NCBI GenBank assembly: GCA_047495785.1
Contig: JBLDXI010000024.1
Coordinates: forward strand, 682,001-746,000
Reading direction: 5' to 3'
Source of the DNA: Lepidodermella squamata
Taxonomy: Eukaryota; Animalia; Gastrotricha
DNA: 64,000 nucleotides
Positions 26,159-39,400 of the stretch are shown piece by piece. Below the pieces are notes generated by a model. The model did not search any database, was not told the DNA's origin, and worked only from the letters and a program-made list of their open reading frames with translations. Within the stretch, counting starts at the first letter, position 1. The number at the start of each line of letters is the position of its first letter. The position numbers and the translations under genes are program-made.

Positions 26159-28506
26159 TCACAGTTTAGACTCAGCTTCATCAACTTTTTCCGGCGGTTT
26201 CGAAGCTGGTTCAACGACAGGCTGTTTAACAACGACCTCGCCTCGATCATCGATCCGTTGAGAAATCGGGGGAGTTCCGACTGGGGCTGATTGCCGATTG
26301 CTGGAATGAATACCGATATCGGACACAGAAGCGGAATGTGGCCGTTGAAGAGAATGGCTTGACTCAGACGATTTTATCGGCGGTGTTAGTGAGTGCCCGC
26401 CGAAAACTGATGACATAAAACCTCCGGCTCTTCCTAGGAAGAACTTTTTCGCTCCATCAGCAGCTCTAGAGACTACTGCTGCCTTTTGAGTCAACTGAGC
26501 TGCCGCGAAAGTCGACGCATTCGTCAAAGCCGTCGATGAGAAAATGTTACCGCTCGACGTAAAATTACCAGCGGCAGCCGGGTCGTCGCCAGGGTGGCAA
26601 TAATGAGGATATTTATCACAATCGATGGACCTCAACCAAACAGAATGATTCAGCTTTCGCCGCCAGGCGTGTACGAAAGTCGTCCCGTATGATTCCTGAA
26701 GTTTTTCGTTATTATGAGCGACAGCGCTAAACAAACCAAGCAGATACAAGCGAAATTGCTCCCGAATCCATTCATCCGACGCTACCCAGTTAGACCCGGC
26801 AAAGTAAGGGTCACTACTTTTCGAATCATTTTCAACTGTTTTCAGCAGCCAGCCGATGAATCGCTTGTCACTTGGCGTGGACTTCGCGATTTTTTTCAAC
26901 AATCGATCTTTAACAGTAATTTTTAGCTTTACAGTGCCTTTATCGACGGTTTGTTGTTGGCCCGGGGTTGAAACAGCGCCGTTGTTGCTGTTATTACTCT
27001 GGTTATCACATTGGATTGCGATGTCATGATCGCATTTATGCAAGTAAAGAATGTTGGTACATCCGATTAAATACGAATTAATCATTGGAAGCCGCTCCAA
27101 ATACGAAACAGAAACGTAAGGCAGGCAAGCATTTTCCTAAATTAAAACTTGTTACAATGCTGAAAACTAGCTTTCCAAGTTATTACCGGTCCAAAAATGG
27201 CCAGGGGAAACCCGAATTCATCGGTTGTTAGCGAACGTGAGATCATGTCGATTGATGATTGCACTGATGATGGATCAAACGCTTTCTTCTTCCCTTCGGT
27301 GTCTCCTTCGTCTTCTTTGTTAATTTCGGCTGATCCGTATGAAAATTGAGAAGTTGATGAGTTGACGGTCTGAGGCGTTGGCGGAGGCACCAAATGAGGA
27401 CTGACTCCGGACAAGAGTAAGCCCTTTTCCAGCATGCCTATAATCAACTCTTTAAAAATAATTTAGCTACAAAATTGCACAACATACCAGGATATAACGA
27501 GAGAAACCCCAAAATAGTTCGAGACATGTCAGCAGTTGGCTCGATCAAAAACATCACTCTAGGTTCCAATAGCAGCACTTTGAAGAGCTTGATTAGCTTA
27601 GCTCCGAATTTTGTAATTGTTGAGCGCAAGTCCAAATCTTAAACAAGATGAATTCAAACTAAACAGTACATTACAAATAAATTTCGATCAGCCTACCTAT
27701 ACTAAGAATAGAAATGTCTGAGCAGACAGGAGAAGGCACGGCGACCGTAAGACTTTTGTAAAGATCTTTTAATAAGTCGACATCGCTAAAATCTTCTTGG
27801 TCGAACCAGACATGTGTGGCTAGTGCAACTTTGGATGATATTAACCCGAATAGAGGCTGTTGAATTTACATGAAATCCACGAATTTCGCTATAGTATAAA
27901 ATTACCACTGCCGATAGAACGCATATCGATTTCAGCACAGAACTTCTGGTGACAGATTCATCTTTCGCCTTGAAATGCGAAGATTCAACTTGCATCAAAC
28001 ATGACACGCAAAATATTGTTCTTTTCGGCTCATCCACAGAAGGTAAGTGGAAATAGACGATGTCTAGAAAGAAAAGGAAATTATAATTGGAAACTTCTTA
28101 ATAAATAAAGGGCTAAGGGCAAACCGTTCTCATATTTATGCGCGCCATCAGGAAGGGCTAAAGCAGGCAGGTCTTTCCATTGAGGCGGCAAAGAAATACC
28201 AGTCTGATCAGGTAGTTGATTCGGAGAAGATAGTGGTGGGTATACATATTCAACCTGAAAGCGCGAAATGATTCAAAGTAAGCGTGTTGACAATTACTCG
28301 AGTGTTTTAAAGTTACCAAGCTTCCTTTTTTATGGTGAAAACCCACCACCATCACATGAATTATAACATTGCTTGCCGTCGTGGTTAGCTTCAGGAAACA
28401 AAACCTATAATTGAAAACACGGCAAATGCGTTAATATAATGATGTGAATAGAGAGGAACATCATTTATGCTTGACCATACAAATATGAACGACAGATTGA
28501 TAACAT
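26159..28506 (-). CDS. AVL9: AVL9 (DENN-like late secretory pathway protein), multi-exon; 5' end uncertain
   Basis: 'VVGFHHKKGS', 'LALPDGAH', 'VTRSSVLKSICVLS', 'SYLIGCTNIL', 'TPSDKRFI' and 'SDEWIREQFRLYLLGL'. The start at 28506 is inferred from an in-phase upstream exon and is tentative. Confidence 0.88.
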
Positions 28507-28832
28507 TTCTTATAAAAGGACTATAGATTATAGATACGAGTCACATTTTTGAACAATTGACGTTGGGATACCTTTGGGGTTACTTGAAATTTGACCAATA
28601 ACGCATGAACACTAATTCAGCTGCCAAATTAATTCCGTACCATCAATGGTATGAGAACAGTATGCATTGGCTATATTGGCGTTGCGTTAATAATCACACA
28701 TTCTAGATATCAGACTAGGAGAAGGAGAAGCGTTAACAGCTGAACTTGAAAATCAAAGCTATGTTCATTGAATTAATCATGGCGTATTTAACAATTCATC
28801 GGAGCCATAAACGCAGACCAACGCCAGGCGCC

Positions 28833-28845
28833 AGGTCACAGGTCA
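28833..28845 (+). promoter_or_regulatory. Perfect DR1 nuclear-receptor element AGGTCA-C-AGGTCA
   Basis: Exact direct repeat in the divergent spacer between AVL9 and CCDC66. Confidence 0.3.
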
Positions 28846-30261
28846 GGGCTGACTAATCGACGGTTGGCGAGTGGCGAGATTCTCGAGCCAAAAAAATCCC
28901 AATTTCGGCTAAATCATCAAATGAAAAAACGAACCAACAACAATTGTCCCGCCAAAAATGTTGACACCTATAAATTAGGTTATATAGAATGTTAAATACA
29001 GCTGTTTTTATCAAGCTATAAAAATAATCAATATTGGAAAATGATTTTGGCGCGCTACTAGCGTCGTTAGCGATGAATCTTGCGCGCTATGACGTAGACC
29101 GAGACGTAGACTGAGAGTTGTTCGATGGCGGGTTCGCAATATTCGATGCTTTCGCTTGTTTTCATTTAGTCTTATGTTCAATTGTAAGAAAGATATGGGT
29201 GCTCTTCTGTGTTGTTATCTGCTTTTTACTGTGTAGTAACCCTGGACTACTGGAAAACATTTGACGGTCGAAGTAAACTAGCGATGTCATATGTCACTCG
29301 GCTTATTCACATGAGATACTTACGTGAAATTGGTCCAAAGTTGTCTTAACAATGAAATGAGTGGGTCAGTGTACAGCAGGTCATTCATTCAAGAGACCGG
29401 ACACCGATTCGGTTACGCTATTGCGAGTTCACTCCATTCTGATAAGTCAATGTTAGGATTTGGGATTATTGTCATGTTTACGGACCTATCTAAGTATTGG
29501 CCCGCAGGTAGCTGCGCCGCCATTTCTAGATGCTTGAATTTGCCACATTTACTTGCCGAGCTGTGTCCATTTACAAGTTTTTGAGTAGCGACCATTACAC
29601 TGAATTGCTCACCAGAAACAAGAATGGTCATTCGACGATATTTGTTTTGATATTTAGTGCTTCCAAATGCTTACAATGTAGAAATAGGTCATTGTTATGA
29701 ATATTTTAAACTTAAAACTTGAATTCGGTGTGCGTTTTACAGGCCTCAGAAGACCCATGGCTTCTTTTTTCCTGCCCTGGGTTGCCTTCGCTAGCTGTTT
29801 TTGATTAATTTGAAATGATCGGTTATGATAGCAACATAAAATGAGAAATGAGATATACTGAACAATTCACAACTTAGTAAGATTCCTTCTGGATCGCCGC
29901 CTCAGGAGTTCAGTGTAACTTGGCGCTAATCGCTATGATTATTTGGCTGATTGTCTACTTCATTATGGTGGGTGAACTCGAATATTTCTGCTCTCACTCC
30001 TCACTGTCGGCTGCGCAATCGCTCATTCCACTTTTAGAGATACTGTACCTAATGTTTTGCATTGTTGCGCTATGAAATGCTCTTTTATGCTGTTCTGCGA
30101 GTCCAGCCGAGCAATATTTCCAAATGAGTGGCGTCAGGTGGAGTTTTATTTACCATAAATTGCCATTGAACCAAAACTTAAACATTGCTTTGTTCGCCTT
30201 AAATGCATCATAGATCTTGAATAACGCCTTTTTTATTGTAGATAATTTTAAGTTAGTAATT

Positions 30262-33200
30262 ATGAAGGTGGGCCAGAAGTTCCCCCTCAGAGATAAGCAG
30301 TTGAGAGAACAGCAGAAGCAAGCATGGATGGAACATGAAGAAGAGCGGAGACGTAAATATGGCGAATTTCAGCAGAAAAAGAACAAAGGAGAGGATTCAG
30401 GTTTGACGAGTTGTTTTTAGATGAATTTGTCTAGATTTTATTATTAAGATTTCGACTTGGTTTCAGGGCGATATAATGAAGCTTTATCTGCGAAAACAAA
30501 AATGCAGCGAGAATATGAACTCGCTACCAAAAAACAGCCGCCTCGTGCGAGTTCCGGTTCGAAGAATGAGGCAAAAAAGCACGCGGACCATTCATATGAA
30601 TCGCGACAGAATAAATCTTCCGGCGGGGCCGATCGCACTGGTGGAAAACCTTCTGCTGACTATGTCACATTAACTAGAGAGCAGCTAAAAATCCTTCTGG
30701 ACGCGGCCGAGGGCGCGAGGAAGGCGCAAAATAATTACACTTCCGGTGAGCGAAATCGATTTTTTGTTACAATTTTCAATTATGTTTGTTTAACCTTGCG
30801 ACACAGAAGAACGAAGTAATGCAAATAATTCAAATAACCGCGCTACAAATGGTGAATACAGTTCAGCAAACGTAAAACGTACGCCTTACATTTTACAGAA
30901 TGCACTTAGCTTTTCCGCATCTGATGCATAATACATTAAACCGACGTTACTTCTTTTATTGCCTACCACTAGTACCGGCAGGTGATCCGCGCGTAATTAC
31001 TGTCGACCCAGAGCAAATCGACGGACTGCTGCACCGCGCGGCGAATCAGCATGAGTCCCACCAGCCCGCACCACAGCCCGCGTCTCTCGGCGACCGCAAA
31101 CGTCAACAATGGGCCGAAGAGAAAGAAGGTACGTATTGTTTATCCAGCGAGTCACGTGTTATCAACAAATTTATTGGCATTGACAGAGCTGTCGGAATAT
31201 TTACGCGAAGCAGCAGCGGCGGCAATTAAGAAAACTTATGGAAGCAAGAATGATTTGCCCCTACCGGGTGACCCTGCTGCAGCGACTATCGTGTCGCATA
31301 TGTTGTCTGAGTCACTTCGGGAGAAAAAATTGCGTCAGTGGGAAGTGGAAAATCGCCTGGCCCATGAACCCAAAGGGAGCATAGCTGATATTGGCAAGTA
31401 TGAAGATGAGCGTAGATACAGGGCAAAAACCGAACCGGACGTTGGCCCTCCACCACCTGCCCCGCCTGAACAAAAGAAAATGTCACTTGTCGAGAAGAAG
31501 AAACAGCAGTGGAGCATGGAAAAAGGCATCGCGAAAGAGGGCAGCACAATTGGCGAATGGTTCGGCAAACCAGGCGCTGGCGCTCCGATTCGTGACGATG
31601 GCGGTGAAGTTTTGACGCAATATGGCTCGAGGGCTAACGATGCGAAAGCAGCTCAGGAGTTGACAGCGAGAAATTATGCGGCGAAAAGGCCGCAAAATAA
31701 CGCACCGGTTGTTGCTCCAGATTTCAGATCGTTGATTTCACAGGCCACGAAAGACTCAGCCCGCAACGTTGTGATTAGCGAACCTGGTCGAAGCCCAGAT
31801 GCCGAAATCCCGCCCGCTGCGATGCGATCTGCCTTTGCGGCCGGCGGCATTGACGAGCGGCGCTTCGATGACGTGAAAGAACGTGAGAAAAAATCGTGGC
31901 TGGAAGACCTGCGCCGCCAGATCGAAGAAAAACAAGCGCAAAAAGCCAAGGAGAAGCAATCTCTCGATTCCTACTACCGCGATGAACCGCAGCAAGATGT
32001 CACTCACAACAAACCGCCGAGGCCAACTGATTCGAAGCAAATCGTTCAAGTCGAATATGACAAAAAACGCCCGGTGGAATCTGATTTAAAGGTAAAAAAA
32101 TATTACATTTTACGCGCAATTTTTTTTTGAAAATAATGTTGTACCAAGTTTTCGGCCTTTATTCCTCCTGATAAAGAGGGAATTGAGATCGAAAGAGATC
32201 GCATTGACCGGCGACAGGTTTGTTGTCGTTGTATCGATGAATGAGCACGCTTAGAGACTACTCACATTTATTTGTTGGGTATAAATGTTGGAAATTTCGA
32301 AATATTTTACCGCAGATTTTACGATTATTTTTGTTTGTTTCTTACAGAAAGAAGCCGGCGATAATGCAGCCCGCCTTCATCATGCGTTAGCCCAGGCCGA
32401 AATCGAAGCTCAACGTTCGAAGTTGCTGAAAAGGATAGAAAAACTGCGAGCCGGTGGTCATGATACTCGAGGCCTGGAGAAAACTTACAAAGACCTGCTA
32501 ACGCCACGTGGGCCAGCTGCAAATGGCGTACCAGGCCTGCATAACATGTACGACGGCCACGAAGATGGCCCATTGAGCGTTCAACACCAAGCCACTCGCA
32601 TTTTAACCCCGACAGAACGACGGTCGAACCGGAATCCGCCGCAAGTTGAAATGATTCACGTGCCGGTTTCTGAGCGCGATGACCAGGGTAGCACGAACCG
32701 AGAGGAGGCTGTTCAAACCGACGAATTCGTCTTCGCATCAGGCAAAACACTGCGTGATATTCTGCGGGAGCAAACTAAGGTGGAGATTGAATATCGCGAT
32801 AGTCGGATGGGGCAACGGAACAAAGAAGCGGGTAAAAAGTCGCAGAATCAAAAAGTTCAGATAAAAGATACGAAGCAATCTCCGCCGAAATCACGCCCTG
32901 ATAACACGAACAGCCATCATCACGCAGAGCAGAAGAAATCGGCGCCTGAGCCTCGTGGCAGGCCGGGTGAGAAGAAGCCGTGGCAGTACCAGAATACGAA
33001 AAATCGGCCGGCTTTGAAGGCTTCTGATCGAGAGGTTGCGATTGGCTCGGCCGAGCGTAGCGAACGCGACAGGCGTCGCAAGGAACGGGCAATGCAAATG
33101 ATTGCCCTAGCTGAAGCTAATATGGCCAAAAGGTGAGAGTAAATATTGTATAACCTCCACTTCAATTGCCGTAACCGTGGTTAAATTTCGATTGTTTTAA

Positions 33201-34072
33201 ATCTGGAAAAATCGCATTTTTCAGGTTTTTGAATTTTTTTATTTTTTTTTTTAAATCACCGAAATTACCTCTGAAAGCTAAAATGTGATCGAACCTGCAT
33301 TTTTATGCGCAGAAAATTTAAATTTTTTTCTGATTTTCCGGAGTCCTAAAAACTGGTTTTATGCAAACTTCCCCCTCGTAACGATATTGAAAGTATTTAT
33401 GAGTGTCAATAATGTTGAACTTGACTATTTGTAGCAACCAACCAGCCCCAGTCAAAAGCGATAAGAACAAGCCCCATTCCAAGTTAATTTCTTATTATTT
33501 ATGTGAAACCGCTTTATTTGTAGACTTCCTTAATTTTCGACGCTTAATTATGAAATTTTCAATTTTTTCAAATAATTTTCAAATTTTTCGTTTTCAGTCG
33601 CCTTTTACCTGCGGATAGTGAAGAGCGGCAACCTCGTAGGCCGAGGAGCCGTTCGAACCAGCGCGCGCCGGTTGCGACGAAAGCCGCCGGCAAGCAACCG
33701 CGCCATGTGTCGCCGCCACCCGACCTTCCATCAGCCCGCTTCCAGCAGTACCAACAGCCATCTGGGCGCAACATGCCGCCCGCCCCGCAACGCCCGAACC
33801 CGCAGCAACAGAAACAGCGGCCGGACGCCGAGTATCTGCCGTTCCGGCGCACATCTGGCGGCCTGGAGCGCGACGAGTTGCCGTCAAACTACGACGCTAT
33901 GGTCGATACGTCCGGACATTTGTACGACGCGAACGGTGCTCACAAGGGCGAGCTGATGCGGCAACATCTTCAGTTCCTGAAACAGGGCCTCTTGAAGCGC
34001 CAGCAAGAACTCGAACGCTCAATGACCCCGAACACGCTTAGCGAAGTTCGCGCATCACAGCAATATCGCTAA
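30262..34072 (+). CDS. CCDC66: Coiled-coil centriolar-satellite/ciliary protein, CCDC66-like, multi-exon
   Basis: 'VTLTREQLKILL', 'WFGKPGAGAP', 'MRSAF...EKKSWLEDLRRQIEEK', 'EYLPFRRT' and C-terminal 'LQFLKQGLLKRQQELE' resemble CCDC66 conserved blocks; exons are joined by GT-AG introns. Confidence 0.7.
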
Positions 34073-36867
34073 AACGAAAAAAATGGCCTAAAAGGCCGAT
34101 TTTACTGAATTGCACTAAAATCTCATCTTTTTACTGTTTTTTCTATCTTTATTATATCGACTTGCACGAGTTTTTGCCACATGATCAATTTTTTTCTCAA
34201 AAAATTCATGTGATTTTTTGATATCGATCGTCTCTTCTTTTTACAGCCAAACTTGTTTCAGCGTCATTTTGGTTTATGTTTGAGTACTCGATTATAATAA
34301 TGATAACGATGAAGCGGTGATGAAAGAATAAAAATTTTCGATGCAAATGGGATGATTTTTTACTGTTGCTATTTTTCAAACACTTTTGCGGTTAATTATT
34401 TATGTCAGGAGGTGAACGCGGCGGCGCTGCTGTCAACACGTGTTGTTGTTTTTGCGGCACAATTTTTCGCCAGCCATTGCTGCTGTGGTTAAGTGGCCAT
34501 CTCTCTCTCTGTGTCGGCTGTTGACGATATGAGCTGATATCATCATAGCTGTGGCGCGACTGACTAACTGCCCAGTGGCGAGTGAGTGTAAAACGCGCGC
34601 GCACCGCCTAAAAACTTTTCCGTGTGCGAGCGCGCATTAATTATTTTGTCGCGTGTTATTTTCGCCGCGCGCACTGTGCAAAATGCTAATTCTACAACAA
34701 TGAATAGCCGACAGGTAGGAGTAATGCAATTATTTTGCTGTCCCATCTCTCGTAGTATCTTCATCAGAAACGGCCGAAACGTAGTAGCTTTTTTAAACGC
34801 ATATTATATGCCATAAGCAATTTGCAGTCATCTCGAGCGTGTTGAGCTAAGAAGTTGTTGCCTGAGCAGTTTTCAGTTATTTACTTAATGTTGTTTAGCC
34901 CGAGATACACAAAAACCGCTACATATTTCGTTATCACTAGATGTTATTGAGCTACTCACTGCCTTAAAAATCCGCGGTCGAAACAATTTATACAACTCAG
35001 CGTTTTTCAAGCGATCGCTCTTGTGGCTTTGATTTGTGTTGATATCAAAACCACACCCTCTTACGCGCGAGTTCCAGCTGTAAATATAGTGCTCGCGATA
35101 ATGATAAAACAATAACAAACAAAATAATAAGTCGAGCTGATGATGATCATCTTGATCATCGAAGCATTTACTCGTAGCTATGCTGTGTGTGGCCCGTTTG
35201 TTTTGTTTTTGTGCGGGTGAGAAAAACGCGAGTAATCTTACGATCGCCAACCCACCCGTGAAGATGATGATGACGACTTCACTTGAGCGCTGATCTCCAA
35301 ATAATGTACCACACCCCTATAATCATTTTATACTTTATTATATAGATATATCCTAATAAATAGTGATAATAAAAATAATTTTATTTTTGTTTTCTTCGTA
35401 TATATATATGGTAGTGCGGTAGCTATGCCGAGTGTATATTGCTTGATTCGACCAACGGCAGTAGCAGTAGTAGTTGGGCGAAATCCGAGAATACACCAAA
35501 GTTGAGGATTATCGCGCGGCAAAAATATAGAAACGTAGTGAAGAGTTGTTGTTTTTATTAGGGCGTGGTCAGCGGCCACCAGGGGGTGTTCGCGCGCGTC
35601 GCCGCATCGCTAAATCGCGAGTAGTAAGTGCGCGCGCGTCTCTGGTGCGCGATCGCCACCGTTTCGTAGGTTTCGCGCGATATGTTCGCGCCTCTTAATA
35701 AGAGTAATGATTATAAAGCTCACAATTGCGTGTTGCCTCTTATCATTGCATTTTGATGTTCGATATTATTATTATTTATTTCTAAACTCTACACAACATA
35801 TCGAGCCGCTTGTTAGATATTCGCTCCGCAACTACTCTCAGTACTCCGCCCCCCTCCTACTACTGCTGCTGCCGTCGCTTTTAAGCTCTATTAAGGACCA
35901 TCTCAACAGGAAAAGGGCAACATCGAAGGGCAAATAGCAGCAGGGAGGCTTTCGAGTGCGCTGGATTTTCTGTTTTTATTATCTCTTCTTAATATCGAGA
36001 GAGGTGTGTTTTCTTTATTCATTAACATCAAGAAGTATTACCTATGCAACATTTATTGCATTAACCAATATTTTGATTGTTATTGCTATTTATAGCAGAC
36101 TTGCCTGTCGCCGGGCGTGTTTTGTTTACCTGACCGTGAAAGTGGCGATATCGGCGCCGGTTAACCTGCGCGCCTCTTCGGTTCGCTTCTTCGCCCGCTC
36201 TTATTCCATCTCTTCGATGCGCGCAATGATAATCGCAATTTGTAGTTAATCCGAAGCTCTTGTAAAACAGCGATATAGATTGACTCTTGAACATAATAAC
36301 AACAACGACACGTGTACGGCGGCCGGGCTTGGCAACGCTTTGTATACATTCGGTAATTACCTCATTTCCACACATGTGCTTCGCCTTGATGCCCGCATCG
36401 AAAGATGATGGTGCATATGGTTGTTGCCGGAATTTTATTGCTATCTCGCCCACTCTCGTACGCGTGTTACCATCATAGCGTAACCGAACAGATTAGGTAA
36501 TAATAACTCGCCGTACAGCTGTTGAATCGCTCGATCGCCTTCGGGCCGGAAGCGTGAAAACGACGTCTTATCTATTTCGATGTTGTATTATTTTTATTCA
36601 GATTTTCGGTACTTAATCTATAGCTTATTTATACCTATGTATTTTTGATCGCACGCCAAACGATACAAAACATCTGCAAGTATCGCAGATTCGATGAATA
36701 GTCACGCTCACAGCTTCACCATGCGTCATAAAAAAACAGCTCCGTTCGGGGAAATTTATTACCTGACATTTTTCGAGTGGTTTTGCACTTTCGCATGCCT
36801 TCATAACGCACCAGGCGTTTTCGTTATATACCTACATATTCCCGCTTTTTTTATAGGTTCCTACAAT

Positions 36868-39400
36868 ATGATTATTCAACTGATGGTCGTCGCGCTGTGG
36901 CTCGGTGAAATTGCGGCCAATGACGAGCCCGTCGACGGCCAGTGGAGCGCGTGGCAGATCGGCCGCTGTTCGGTCACATGTGGGGATGGGCTTCGGCCTC
37001 GTTATCGAACGTGCACGAACCCATCGCCAAGCAATGGAGGCAAAAAATGCCTAGGACCCGTTCTCGAGCATGACTTGTGCCAGCTTGAGCCCTGCCCAAT
37101 CGACGGTAAATATTTTTTCCAAAACTTGCTTATAGATAAGTCGAATATATACTTTGCGTCCGATATATCAAACAATTTCACTGACTGCGAGTTTGTACTT
37201 GCCGTCCAGTTACAGCAGCCAATATTGAGGACTGAGGACGGCCGGAGAGAAATTTACTATAAAAATATATCTGATCCTTGTCGGACTGTTACAAGGTTCA
37301 TGCTATAGGAACTGATTTATTCATCAAAGCTCGTTTTATCTGAAAAAATAGCCATGGAAAGTTCCATTTTTTATGCGATGAGCGATTGACCTAGTTTCAT
37401 CACATTCTTCCTGCCTAAAACTGTTTACCTATTTATTTTTCATTTGAGCATCGACGACAATAGCCAGTGAGATTAATTAAAGTATTACTCGAATCGAGCG
37501 ACTGGCTCGTAATAACGGGATGCCTTATATAGTAGGCTGGGTTCGAGCCAACCAGATTTCATAAGAGCCCATTCAAAATAATTGCCAACCTCGAATAAGA
37601 GGCAGGGGTTCCGACCATCCGACGAAAAATACGATTGTTCCTTTATTTATAGGCTAATACGGTAATACGAGAACTGTTGTTTTTTGATAATTTTTCATTC
37701 CCCTAAAACAAAACGAAAATACTGAAATGCAAATTTTCATCTTATTCTCAGGCTGTTATTTATTTAGTTAAGGCCCTGTAATCTCTGAAATTGCCACGGT
37801 TACTCCGATTTAAAGTTAGTTATTGAGCTCGAGGCTCGAGCATGCTACGATTCCCTCTGCAAGAAACGTGGATCGGCTGACAAACTTTGGATGATGTAAA
37901 TAGAAAACTGTCCTCTGCCATTGAGCGACATTAGTCCGTGCGATTAGACTGTGGGTGCTTCAAGGATTTTTACTTGGGATTTGGGATTTTGCGGAACAAA
38001 GTCGGGGAGTTTCGCATGCTTTTTTGAGCAATTAGAAGTTAATTTCCTGTTTCTAAAAGTTGGAAACCAAGTATATTTCAGTGCTTTTATTCAACATTTT
38101 AATTTATTTAGGTGGCTGGACCGATTGGTCAGACTGGTCCAAATGCAGTTCGACCTGCAGCGCAGGTGTGCGCCGGCGCACTCGGAGCTGCAAGGCCCCT
38201 GCGCCCCAGAATGGCGGCGCGCCTTGCGAAGGCGCTGCCGAGGAGACGCAGCCGTGCAACACCGATGACGTCCAGCCATGCCCTCAGGATGGCGGCTGGA
38301 CCGACTGGATCCAGTTCCTGCCATGCCCATCAGACATCGGCGAAGTTTGCCGGAATCCAAAGAAGCACCAACAAGTCCGGCAGCGGTTTTGCACAAACCC
38401 AGCCCCAGCTTACGGGGGCGCCGACTGCGACGGGTCCGACTTCGAATATACGTCCTGTTCGGAACTTTACGCATGCGCTGATGGTGGCCAATGGTCACCT
38501 TGGAGCCGCGGAACTTGCTCAGTCACGTGTGGTGTTGGCCTTGAGAAACTTACCCGAACCTGCTTAGATTTAAATGTCGCTAGAAACTGTTCCGGAGCCG
38601 CTGAATTAATCCAGGAATGCAAGATGCCGGCGTGTCGGGTTGACGGTGGCTGGTCGAGCTGGCACGAGACCCAGTCATGTAGAATCGCCCATGTAGAAGA
38701 CCCATGTGCCGGTGAGGGGCCGGCTGATGATGATATACGCATTTTAGAACGCACCTGCACCAACCCGGCGCCATCGAATGGCGGCAATTTTTGCCAGGGT
38801 GACAGCGTGAGGACTGAAAAATGCCGAGAAGTCTACGGCTGCCCACCACGGACGACCACAATCTCCCCGATGTGGAGTGACTGGGAGACGGACGGACCTT
38901 GCGGGGTGACCTGTGGCACCGGGCTTCAAAAACGGCGCCGTCATTGCCTCCTTAAATCCGGCGAATGTCACGGTCCATCTGAAGAAGTCATTCAGTGCCA
39001 CATGCCGACCTGTCCGACTACAACTAGGTCGACCCCATTTATGGATAACAAAGGATTTTACACTATTACAGTGGATGACGAGGCGAAAAAGCAATCGACT
39101 GGACCCAGCAATGTTCTAAATATGGCGACGGTCGGGTCTAGTGGGTTTTCGCAATGGACCGAATGGTCGTCGTGTGATTCGGCCTCGTGTAAGCAGACAC
39201 GGTGGCGTTTGTGCCAATCGAAGCGGTTCGGTTGCTATGGAAACGACGTTGAGAAACGCACGTGTTCCAACCCGGCCGATGTGTGCCTGGCAGCCGCCCT
39301 CCGGTCATCGTCAGTCTCATGTTCGTCTCTTCATGTAACCGTATTCCTGACCTCACTCACCCTGCTACTATCAGCGCTTCTTATGCGGAATCAGCAATGA
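36868..39400 (+). CDS. Secreted/GPI-anchored thrombospondin type-1 repeat protein A (7 TSRs); exons 36868-37105 and 38112-39400
   Basis: Signal peptide MIIQLMVVALWLGEIAA; repeated WxxW..CSVTCG.G.R.R.R.C motifs; Thr-rich stalk; hydrophobic C-terminal GPI-like signal. Confidence 0.9.

Noticed and set aside
29190-30140. Short ORFs upstream of CCDC66
   Set aside because: No homology motifs, and stops occur in every frame tested.
37502-37552. B-box-like GGTTCGAGCC with a small hairpin in the TSP-A intron (tRNA or SINE?)
   Set aside because: No cloverleaf or convincing A-box could be built.
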